In this document: positions 50,301 through 59,700 of the stretch, one piece after another
How positions within the stretch are numbered: the stretch's first letter is position 1
How the letters are laid out: each line of letters opens with the position of its first letter
IMG/VR virus record: IMGVR_UViG_3300002835_000042
Direction: 5' to 3' (one strand)
Length of the DNA: 64,000 bases
DNA from: an uncultured virus (IMG/VR IMGVR_UViG_3300002835_000042)
Lineage: Duplodnaviria; Heunggongvirae; Uroviricota; Caudoviricetes
Notes under the pieces: model-generated
What the model was told of the DNA's origin: nothing
Databases searched by the model: none
What the model saw: the letters and a program-made list of their open reading frames with translations, nothing else
Made by a program: the position numbers and the translations under genes

Positions 50301-53300
50301 ATAAGGGAGTTCTTGTTGAAAGAGTTGCAGAATCCGATCCAAGACAAAGATTTAATCAAACAGACCAGCAACTGCTAAAGAAAACGGCAGATCTTGCAGC
50401 AAAAACAGAGTCTGGCAAACTACCGCCAACTAATTTTGGAAAACTGATTGCCCCAACAACTGGGTTTAGTTTTGATGTTCCTGGAGTAGGCGGACTATAC
50501 GACGGTCCAAATGGAAAAGTATTTGTAAAGCCAATGATGAGCGAACTAGACGCTCTAGCAGAAAAGAAAGCAACTGATTTTGCAAGGCAAGTACACGGTC
50601 TTGATACACCAGAACAAAAAATTAGCACAATGATTGATCCTTCAGATCCAGAAGGCAAAAGAAAAATAATTGTTTTAGAGTCTAAGTATGATGCCAGGTT
50701 TGATGAAAAGAAAATGCCAAAGACCTTTAGCAGAGACCAATACTTTAGACAACTTGTTGCTTCGGCCATTCGTGGTGATAAAGATCTTAAAATGGGAAAT
50801 CTTGGAGGAAATAGATTAACAGATGTTGGAACTGCTGGAGTATTCGATAAGGCTACATCTGTTACTAAAGATGGACTAAGAGTCTTATCAGATAAAATGC
50901 CATCAATGTACGAAATGGCAGAACGAAACTTGCAGGGTGTTCCAGGATCACAAGCAAAAAATTCACCAAACTGGTTTGCTAATGAAACTCAAAAAAAGAT
51001 AAATCAAACAAACTATACTGCAGATCAGTATGATGCTGACATGAAAAAAGAAATTAAAAGGATTCAGGCAAATGCAGAAAAATTTGTACAAAAAATTCCA
51101 TTAAATGATCCACTAAGACCAGCGTACTTAGATATTCTTCGTAGAATAAATGAAGGTGCAAATGTAAGAGACTGGAGACCTCTATTTCATAAGCATCGCT
51201 CAATTGCTATAAAGCCTAACGAAATTTCTGTTGATGAAGATGGAAAAGCAACAAAGCCAAAAACACAAAGAAGACGCAGCAACGTAAAAACTGCAAAACC
51301 TAGTGACACTAGAACAACATCAAAAGCCCAATCAGGCAATATTCGAAATGTAACAAGTATCCGAGGACGGGCAGATGCTGAAACCGTAATTAACCCAAGA
51401 CTAACAGAACGTGCAGCAGAAATAAAAGCAGAAAAAGAAGCCAAAGCAAAGGCAATGGCTGAGGCTGATGCAAAAAAGAGATATGGAACAGTTGCGCCAA
51501 CGGCTTCTCAGAGATCTCAAAGAAGACAAAATGACACACGTGCTGCAGCAGGTAAACCACTACTTAAATTGACTAAAGATATGTCAGCACCAGTATCGGC
51601 TTTTTCAAAAGCAATGCAAAAGGCAACACAAAATGTTCAAAAAAGCACTGTAGCAGGAAAGGTTCTTGAAAAATTTAATGCAAAAAGAGATGCAAGGGCT
51701 GCAGCAAGGGCAGATAAAGCAGCAGCAAAAGCAGCAGCAGATGGGTCAGGACCAAAAGGTCCAAGGCCTGGTATGGGTTTCGGTGGCGCAGCAATGGGTA
51801 TTGCTGGTATAGCAATGATGGGATCAATGATTCCAGGAACAATTGGAGAGACAATGCAAAAGTTGATGATGCCATTGATGGGTCTTTCTATGATTTTGCC
51901 ATTGCTTTCAAGCGCAATGGGATTAGCAACTGTTGCTATAGGAGCAATTGTTGGCACAATCTATATGTTTAAAAAGAGTATAGAAAATGCACGAACCGAA
52001 GGAATTGAATTTGCTAAAGCAGTAAGTATGGGCTCTGACAAAGTTAAAGCGCTATCTCTTGTTACTGGAACGGTTAGTGCAACAGAAGAAGCACAAAGGA
52101 AAAGAGAAACTCTTGTTTCTGGAACATCGGAAGCACAAAGAAGATCTGGACAAACAATTCTTCAAAGCGACTATGGTAAAACCCTTATGTCTGATATTGA
52201 CAAACAAGTTGCTGCTGGTATTGATGAAAAAACAATTGCAAAAAATGTATCTACAGGTCTTGCTCAAGCAGTTATGCAGGGAGTTATAACAAGCGATCAA
52301 GCAAAAGACATTGCTTCCGCCCTTGGAGAAAAACTACAAGACTACACTATTCCAGCACAAATTGCTGGAAATCTTGTTACACTTTTAGGACCTGATGGTG
52401 AAAATATATTAGAAGACCCATTGTCTATTTTGTTAAACATAAAGTCGGATTCATTAGTAAATGTAGAAGATGCCTTTGAGGCTGCACTGGCTGGTGCCAG
52501 CATGAGAGCAGTAGAGAATTCGATGCCAGTTTGGAAAAAAGTTATGGACTGGCTACCAATGGACCCAGGTGGATTTGCTATTAGAGAAACTATAGCAAGG
52601 AATCAAGAACTTAACTCAGCAGCAGTACAACTTGGCGCTGAAGAGTTGAGTCGAAATCAAATGTCTGTAGACTCATTAAATAAACAATATGAATTAAAAA
52701 TAAAAAATGCAAAAACAGACAAAGAAGCATTGGCCTTTGAAGAAGAAAGAAAAAACAAAATAAATGATTTAAATATAGCAAATCAAAATACACTTATAAA
52801 AATAAGAAATTTGGCATCTGGTATGTCAGAAAAAGATTTTTCAAACGCAGTTAGTGCATCTCTAGATGTGTTGTATGCAAAACAATCTGATGCAGTTAAA
52901 ACACAAGTCAAGCAAGCAAAGGAAGAACTTGCACTATTAGGGAAAAGTACATTTAAAACAAACTTACAACTTGGAATTATTTCTGGAGATTTAAAGCCAA
53001 CGGTAATTACAAAAATATTACAAGCAGCCTCAGAAAACAAATCGATACCTGCACAAATTAATTTATTAATAAATGAACAGGGTTTTGCTAATACAAATTC
53101 CTTATTCTCATTGTTATCAAGCACCAACGCAAAACCAACAACAATAGGCGTAATGCTAGAATACATAAACACAAACAAGGTAGATTTTGATAAAGATTTA
53201 GAAGCAGTTAAGGCTTTGCAAAGATTTTTGCCACAGTACGACGTAACTTTAAACCTAACAACAAATGGTGTAGCCCAACTCAAGGTTGCAACAGATGCAC

Positions 53301-56092
53301 TAAGTGCAATTGCTCCACTTCCTGAAACGTTAGACTTTCAACTTATTACTACTCTAGCAGGAACAAATCCAGCAATTTTCGGCCCAATTAAAGATAATTG
53401 GAAAGAACTTTCTGAAGGAGAGCAAACAATTAATAAAAATTTAGTTGTAAATTATTTAGTAGGAAAGGGAGATCCAAATGTTATTGCTGCTGCAAATACT
53501 GCTTTTGCTGGTAAGGGTCTTTCAACTCAAAGTGCTACTGCTAGTTACCTTGCAAAAGGTTTTACTCCACCGCCAGCAACAGTTATTCCTCCAATTGTAG
53601 GAGATCCTAAAGACAAAAAGGGTCCAGATGCCTCAGAACTAGACGAACTATTAAAGAAACTAAGAGATGTTCGCAAAAATACCATAAAGGTTACTAAGGG
53701 TTTTGATGCTTCGTTTAAATCATTAAACAAGATATTCGGTGGTAAAAAAACTATTGAAGTTTTCAGCGGTATTGAAAATGATATGAGACGACTAGGAGCA
53801 GGAGAAGACCTAATCGAACTTATTGTTGGAATGGATCCAGATGAATTTGAAAAACAAAAAAATAAATTATTTAAGTTTAAAAACGGTGAAATTGTAGCAT
53901 TAAAAGACGGAGCCAAGAGTATTGGAGATGCCCTTCAGTCTATTGCCCTTGGAGATTTTGTTAGCACACAAGACAGAATGGTCAAAAATATTGGAAATCA
54001 AAATAGCGCTCTTCAAAGGCTTCAGGCTGCTGGAGTAGAAGGATCTCTTGCTTTAGAAATGGTTGCAGATTCTTCAACTGCTGCTGCTATTGCCAATAGC
54101 AAACTATCAGATAAGCAACTTAAAAAGATTACTTCAGCAGCAAAGGCAGCAACAAAAGAACAAGAAAAACTTGCTGCTAAAACAGCAAATATTTCAAAAG
54201 CACAAGAATTAAAAAATGAGGCAAAAGCATATAGCGAATTAGTAAAAATTATGGGTCAGTTTAGTGCAGAACAAATAGAGGCAATTGTTAATAGTTCAGA
54301 GTTAATGGATGCAATAAGAGTAGGCTTTGATTTGCCAGGCTCTAGAAAAGCATTTGATGATCTATTAACCCTTTTAATGAAAGATGCAAACAATAAATTA
54401 AAAATTAAACTATTAACAATAGAGGGAATGCAAGAAATATTTGACACTGGATTTAGTAACGCAATGGAATCTTTTGATGTAAAAGAAACAGCCCTTAGAC
54501 TTAGATTTAATATTGACAACAAGGCGTTAAATGATGCAATTAAAGAAGCAGAAGAAAAAATTGCCTTAGCACAAGAAGAAATAAGAATACAAGAAATTGG
54601 ATTAAAAGAAATTGAAGACCAAGAAGAAAAGGTTAATGAACAATACGATAAAAGGCTTGAGGCTCTTGATCAAATTGAAAAAGCCAATGCCTCAGTTTCT
54701 CAGCAACAAAAAGGCCAACTCACCCTTGCAGAGGCTCTAACATCTGGAGACATTGCTGCTGCTGCTCGTGCTGCTCAAGAAATGAGAGCCCAGCAGGCTG
54801 CAGACAATATTACAAAACAAAAAGAGGCTTTGGAGCAGTCTAGAGAATACGAACTTTCACAATTAAGAGCAGAAGATGGAAGAAGTAGAATTGAAATTGA
54901 AACAAAGATTAAAGAATTACAAGATCAAATTTATGAGATTGAACAAAAGAGTCTTGAGCCAAACAGAGAAACTCTAAGGCTAAACGAACTTGCACTAGAA
55001 AATGCAATAGAAGGATTAACTACGCTAGGAAAAACTAGAGAGCAATGGGAAGCAATTAAAAATGCCGTTGACCTTGCAAGAATATCAAGTGCTCAATTTA
55101 TTAAGTCAATGCAAGATGCACTAAACGTTCAGGGAAGCCTTATTAAGGCCTACCAAGAACAAAAGGTAAACACTGATCCCATAACTCCACAACAAAAGGT
55201 AACATGCCCAGAAGGCTATGAATTTGATGGAACAAATTGTGTAATGAAAGGGGCAACAGTCATTGTATGCCCTGCTGGCTTTAAGCAGGTCGGAGATAAG
55301 TGTGTTAAGGAAGGAACAACAGAAGTAATTTGTCCTGATGGCCATACACTAGTTGGAAATAATTGCGTAAAAGAAGCAGAGAAAAAAACAATATGTCCTG
55401 AAGGATATAACTTAGTAGGAAATGACTGTGTTAAAGAAGGTCCAACAAAAACAGTATGTCCTGAAGGGTATAACTTAGTAGGAAATGATTGCATCAAACA
55501 GGGCAACAAGGTTGATGATCCAATAGTTGGAGCAACTACGCCAGTTACAACACCATCTACAACAAAATATGTTGTAAAGCCAGGAGATACCTTGTGGGAT
55601 ATTGCAAAAGACAACGACATGACTTTAGCAGAATTATATAAACTAAACCCTAAATTTAAAACTGATCCTAAGTATCAGGGTGGAAATATGATTTGGTCTG
55701 GAACTACAGTTAAACTTCCTGGTGCTGATGCAACAGTTGGTGGTGGCGGTGGCGGAGGAACTATGCAAATCCTCTCAAAGGGTGGACTTATTAACCCAAT
55801 GCGATTTGCTATGGGTGGATTTGCTAAGGGTACAGACACAGTTCCAGCAATGCTTAGCCCAGGAGAGTTTATTATGAGCAAGTATGCCGTAGATGCCCAT
55901 GGTATTGATACCATGAAAGCAATAAATAATGGACAATCGGTTGGCGGATCAGTGTATAATAATACATATACATTAACTGTTAATGCTAAGACTGATGCAA
56001 ATCCTAATGATATTGCACAAGCAGTTATGGCAACAATTAAACAGGTTGATGATAGAAGAATTAGAGGGGTGTCGCTAAATGGCAGAAGATGA
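47327..56092 (+). CDS. Tape measure protein with inserted kinase-like domain, Cys repeats and LysM
   Basis: Helical TP901-type core (aa ~190-560); DTVPAML.PGE motifs; LysM YVVKPGDTLWDIA. Confidence 0.92.
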   Translation: MADVQSNIHVNIDTSDALASLKLLQRQISAFHTQMSKSGAAASAVAANQAQNLMNSINATGQFQASMRTVATSTEHFTNALERNKLTSREYFRYTGAATKTFGRLFKSEFETINKVARERVKDIQTQYIKMGRGANGALQAIAVRPLTLDMKNLGTQTAMAAQRQQLLNQLLKQGSTNLLNFGKNTQWAGRQLMVGFTVPLMLLGSTAAKTFMKLEEQAIRFKRVYGELFTTQEETDKMVDDIQLLAKEFTKYGVSVEKTMEMAANAAAMGKMGSELKAQVMEATRLAVLGGVEQEQALETTISVTNAFGVAAEDLAKKIDFLNAVENQTVVSIEDLTIAIPKAGPVVKQLGGDVEDLAFFLTAMKEGGINASEGANALKSGLASLINPSEKASKMLAGLGINIKGIVEANAGDVKSTVVDFAAALDTLDPLNRARAIEQLFGKFQFSRLSTLFQNVAKEGTQAARVLELTKASTEELAILSERELSRVEDSTTYKFKKTIEDLKVSLAPVGEQFLKALTPIVEFVGKVLEKFNGLGDGSKKFITMITIALGAIGPVALMTFGLLANGVANIIKLFANMKMAFNRTGSSTQVLGQQTDYLTQQQLEASAVAASLDQVHQRLTQRFTSETAAVNALALAYRNAIAAQVGFTGPVGRGGKMKGPPQSSQYSTGVTSVPGTGNQDTVPAMLTPGEAVIPAGAAQDPANKPLIARMVAGEKIPGFNKGTTKVTYNGKDYNAQSAVGAKNIRDFLNQLVQNPDGTLTDTKTGKIFTKERLTQVLDTRQLEGKFSETKIRRSLTRDNMSNRSALIKRLKEAYNEKNAKTLLSEQEAIEKALKDRGLPPLTKEQKKNAFTTANAHLTKDVDEDGNKRWRVVNVAPDPGYINQFVNSVQGNLGKELLGLPDDVLEKYNIDREELRKIVDDGAHPKTDKAANTFRGAARYQIENQKRLGVPADRIYQAHLVDAGLEYRGKERIGAYSQGGLKSFADLYPKDKGVLVERVAESDPRQRFNQTDQQLLKKTADLAAKTESGKLPPTNFGKLIAPTTGFSFDVPGVGGLYDGPNGKVFVKPMMSELDALAEKKATDFARQVHGLDTPEQKISTMIDPSDPEGKRKIIVLESKYDARFDEKKMPKTFSRDQYFRQLVASAIRGDKDLKMGNLGGNRLTDVGTAGVFDKATSVTKDGLRVLSDKMPSMYEMAERNLQGVPGSQAKNSPNWFANETQKKINQTNYTADQYDADMKKEIKRIQANAEKFVQKIPLNDPLRPAYLDILRRINEGANVRDWRPLFHKHRSIAIKPNEISVDEDGKATKPKTQRRRSNVKTAKPSDTRTTSKAQSGNIRNVTSIRGRADAETVINPRLTERAAEIKAEKEAKAKAMAEADAKKRYGTVAPTASQRSQRRQNDTRAAAGKPLLKLTKDMSAPVSAFSKAMQKATQNVQKSTVAGKVLEKFNAKRDARAAARADKAAAKAAADGSGPKGPRPGMGFGGAAMGIAGIAMMGSMIPGTIGETMQKLMMPLMGLSMILPLLSSAMGLATVAIGAIVGTIYMFKKSIENARTEGIEFAKAVSMGSDKVKALSLVTGTVSATEEAQRKRETLVSGTSEAQRRSGQTILQSDYGKTLMSDIDKQVAAGIDEKTIAKNVSTGLAQAVMQGVITSDQAKDIASALGEKLQDYTIPAQIAGNLVTLLGPDGENILEDPLSILLNIKSDSLVNVEDAFEAALAGASMRAVENSMPVWKKVMDWLPMDPGGFAIRETIARNQELNSAAVQLGAEELSRNQMSVDSLNKQYELKIKNAKTDKEALAFEEERKNKINDLNIANQNTLIKIRNLASGMSEKDFSNAVSASLDVLYAKQSDAVKTQVKQAKEELALLGKSTFKTNLQLGIISGDLKPTVITKILQAASENKSIPAQINLLINEQGFANTNSLFSLLSSTNAKPTTIGVMLEYINTNKVDFDKDLEAVKALQRFLPQYDVTLNLTTNGVAQLKVATDALSAIAPLPETLDFQLITTLAGTNPAIFGPIKDNWKELSEGEQTINKNLVVNYLVGKGDPNVIAAANTAFAGKGLSTQSATASYLAKGFTPPPATVIPPIVGDPKDKKGPDASELDELLKKLRDVRKNTIKVTKGFDASFKSLNKIFGGKKTIEVFSGIENDMRRLGAGEDLIELIVGMDPDEFEKQKNKLFKFKNGEIVALKDGAKSIGDALQSIALGDFVSTQDRMVKNIGNQNSALQRLQAAGVEGSLALEMVADSSTAAAIANSKLSDKQLKKITSAAKAATKEQEKLAAKTANISKAQELKNEAKAYSELVKIMGQFSAEQIEAIVNSSELMDAIRVGFDLPGSRKAFDDLLTLLMKDANNKLKIKLLTIEGMQEIFDTGFSNAMESFDVKETALRLRFNIDNKALNDAIKEAEEKIALAQEEIRIQEIGLKEIEDQEEKVNEQYDKRLEALDQIEKANASVSQQQKGQLTLAEALTSGDIAAAARAAQEMRAQQAADNITKQKEALEQSREYELSQLRAEDGRSRIEIETKIKELQDQIYEIEQKSLEPNRETLRLNELALENAIEGLTTLGKTREQWEAIKNAVDLARISSAQFIKSMQDALNVQGSLIKAYQEQKVNTDPITPQQKVTCPEGYEFDGTNCVMKGATVIVCPAGFKQVGDKCVKEGTTEVICPDGHTLVGNNCVKEAEKKTICPEGYNLVGNDCVKEGPTKTVCPEGYNLVGNDCIKQGNKVDDPIVGATTPVTTPSTTKYVVKPGDTLWDIAKDNDMTLAELYKLNPKFKTDPKYQGGNMIWSGTTVKLPGADATVGGGGGGGTMQILSKGGLINPMRFAMGGFAKGTDTVPAMLSPGEFIMSKYAVDAHGIDTMKAINNGQSVGGSVYNNTYTLTVNAKTDANPNDIAQAVMATIKQVDDRRIRGVSLNGRR
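55205..55496 (+). repeat. Five CP.G..L.G..C repeats in the tape measure C-terminus
   Basis: CPEGYEFDGTNC, CPAGFKQVGDKC, CPDGHTLVGNNC, CPEGYNLVGNDC twice. Confidence 0.9.
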
Positions 56093-56720
56093 GTTAGACC
56101 CTAGAGTTGTATACATGCAGGGTCGTAAAAAATATAACAGACCCAGCGGTATGCTTTGGTCAGAAAACTCTGGAACCCTTCAAGACGGCCTATACATACC
56201 ATATGGATATGAAGTCGGGGTAGATCCAGAAGTTGTTGAAGATGATACATTGCTAGATCAATTTTTGTTGATTACAGATGACAATAGGCAGCCAATTGAG
56301 TTTTCACAAGAGCGTATTGAAAAGCGGGAAAGAATGATCAATGGTCGTATGCGTTCATATCATATTGCAGATAAACTTCAGTTAAGAACAAGTTGGGAAA
56401 TGATTCCATCAAGATCTCATGCAAACGTCCCGCATTTTGATGTTGCCACTGGACTGTCATCAGTTAAGTCATACACAACAGATGGCGGAGCAGGTGGAGC
56501 AGACATGCTTGAATGGTATGACTCTCACAAAGGTTCGTTCTGGGTATTTCTTGCATACGACAGAAAAGGAATATTTAAAGGAACTCCAGACCCATATGAT
56601 CACCTAGGACAATATAATCAGTTAATAGAAATGTTTATTAGTGATTTTTCATACTCTGTTGAAAAACGAGGAGCAAACTTTGACTACTGGAATGTATCAA
56701 TAAGTTTGGAAGAGGTATAA
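56079..56720 (+). CDS. Distal tail protein (putative)
   Basis: Follows the tape measure; RMING.MR...W.VSISLEEV. Confidence 0.6.
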   Translation: MAEDELDPRVVYMQGRKKYNRPSGMLWSENSGTLQDGLYIPYGYEVGVDPEVVEDDTLLDQFLLITDDNRQPIEFSQERIEKRERMINGRMRSYHIADKLQLRTSWEMIPSRSHANVPHFDVATGLSSVKSYTTDGGAGGADMLEWYDSHKGSFWVFLAYDRKGIFKGTPDPYDHLGQYNQLIEMFISDFSYSVEKRGANFDYWNVSISLEEV

Positions 56721-59700
56721 TGTTTGAAGACAAAGACCTACAAACATTCCTAGAGACTTCTCCAACTGTCAGAAATAAGTCGGTAGTCATAGCAGAATGG
56801 AATATGAACATTCCAACCAATATAAAACATATTGGAAACTATAGGTACAGACCAACACAAGCATCTACCGTCTACTCTTCTTTACCTACAAGTTTTGATA
56901 TTAATGATGCTGGAAATTTTTACACTGACGCAACAGATGCAGATGTATTAGTTGATGGTACATTTGATAACAATGACATCCCAACTACCTTTTTAACAAA
57001 GAAGGAAAAACTAAAAACTTTATATTCTTTGGAAGAATGCTTTAATCAATTTAGACCAAGATCTGGAATCAACAAAGCAGTATTTTTTGAGAATGGAAAA
57101 CTTCATCATCCAAACTTGTTTATGGCTGATAGACCAAGATATTATATGCCAGACAAAAATGATTTATTTAAGTATTGGACTTCATACAGAACGGAGTCAG
57201 GCCAAGAATATGGAGTTGCCTCCAAAGTTCGTGGATCTCAATATGACATTGAAGATGCATGCCCTTTTGTTGTTTATAAAGAACAAATTCCAACAAACAG
57301 GATTGTAGTTAAAATGCAAACACATACTGGAACAGAAAATCTTGGACCATTTTCATCTTCAACAGGATCATTTTTAGATCCATTCTTCGGAGAACTAAAT
57401 CAAAAGGTTCCTAGCAAATGGAAAATACAATTTTTAAAAGATAACAATTGGCAAGATGTAATGTCTTTTGACCCATCAAAAAGAAGAAAAGATGGATCTG
57501 CAATAATTCAAAGCGATGGATATGTTGAAATTGCTTATGGGCTAATTGTTCCAGATGAATGGAGATCTAACTTTGTTTTTGCAGAAATATATTCAAGCAT
57601 ATCATTGCTTCCAAATAAATCTGTAACTGGATATGCTTATTTAATTAAAGAAAATGAAAACGATATGGGAGAATTTCATATATGGAATGGTACAGACTAT
57701 ACAATTATAAAACCAAAATATGGCTGGTATGTTCAAGATGAAACTGTCGATAGACTAACTAATTTTGTTACAGACGCAACATCTCCTGATGTATTTGTTA
57801 GATCTCTTGATGGAAAAAAACAATATAGAGAGTTTGAGTTTATTTCTGGAATAAGAATTGTTGTTGAAACAATGAACGTAAAAGATTCAACGTTTGACCT
57901 AATTGAAATTTCTCCAAGACTTGTCATGAACATATCGGACAAAACTTTAGACTACTCAATAAACAAAAGCGCCTCAGACTTAGGTCTTAGTGGTCTTCCA
58001 GTGGGCCAACTGGTTGCATCAAACGGAACAGTAAACATATTTGATTATGATCAAGCCTTTAATGAAAACAACTCTTCAAGCATAATTTCAAAATATATAA
58101 ACAGGCATATACAGTTTAAATTTTATGAAGTTATAGTGGATGTAGATGGATGGGATTATTGGGTTCCAATGAAGACTTTGTATTCTGATTCATTTCCAAA
58201 GGCAGATATAGAAAACAAAAGAGTATCAATTACCCTAAGAGATCTTTACTGGTACTTAGAATCAATAACTGCTCCACAAATATTAATGACAGAAGTCTCT
58301 GTTAGTTCTGCAGTTTCTCTTTTGTTAGACTACATAGGATTTTCCAATTACACATTTAAAAGAGTAGAGAATGAAAAAGAAATAATCATTCCATACTTTT
58401 TTGTTGGCCCAGACAAAAGCGTTGCAGAAGTTTTAGAAGATTTGGCGGTATCAACACAAACAGCAATGTTTTTTGATGAATATAATAACTTTGTTATGAT
58501 GAGCAAAAACTACATTATGCCAACCATTGCACAAAGGCCAACCACTTTCGCTCTAAAAGGAACAAATGATTTGTTTGAAGATAAAGAGATAAAGAATAAA
58601 ACACTTACAAATTCTAAACTTGCTAATATTATTTCTGTGTCAGCACAGGCTAACAATGTTTATAATGATGGAGTAATTAACTATACAACAAGGCATATTC
58701 AAAGATCTATAGGGTCATTAAGACAGGCAAGTCTTTTAGATGATGAAAGGTTTTATATCTACAAGCCAGTTCTTCTATGGGAAGTTTCGGGTAGTGAAAA
58801 TACAAAGTCTTTAAATAATGAAATTGGAACACAGTCTTCCTATTTGCTCAGTGCAATTCCTCTAAATGCAGATTTATCTGCAGATGTTCCAATTGTAAAA
58901 AATAATATTGTTATCAACAACACCTTTAGCCTAGGAGAAGCGTCATACTGGATCGGCAGGTATAATGGATATTTTTATTCACAAGGAGAAATTATAAAGT
59001 ACGATGCTGTTCAATATAATGTAACTGGATTTGGAAATGTTTGGATTACATCTATTGAAGATTATCAAGATTATTTTGCCAAACTTCCATTTAATGGAAA
59101 AATATACCCAACTGGTTTGGTAAGAATTTATTCTGAGCCTAAATACTTTGAGCAAGAAGGAATTGTTAAATTACAAAATGGTCCAGTAGTAAAGCATGGT
59201 CGTGGTCAATTTGGAACAGAAGTTGTTGCACACTCTGCTGGAATATCTGATTATTGGAAATCAGATGACAACATAAAAGGATGCTACATGGCATCTGAAT
59301 ATTTATTTGATAATAAAGAACTTCCAACAACAACAGTTGCTACTGCTGGAAAAGTAACAGACACTGGATCATCTTCTGATGCTCTTGCAAAAACATCTTC
59401 AAGAACTGGACTTATTAAAAACTTTCTCTCTACAACCCTTACTGGAGAGATAGGAACAGCAACACAGCAACAGCCAGGCTCTATTCAGTCTTCTGCTCTT
59501 TCTTTAACTGGTCCCAATTTTACAACAAAAGAAAAGCCAAGAAACTTTTTGTCATATGTCCATAAGTCATTAGAGAATAAAAAGTACAAACACTTTGGAA
59601 CAAGAATGAGGATTGTCGGCAAAATAGAAAATAATCAAGACAGAGGCCAAACCTCAAATGGATCTTCCACCTACTTTGTTGTCAATGGCTCTACACCAGA

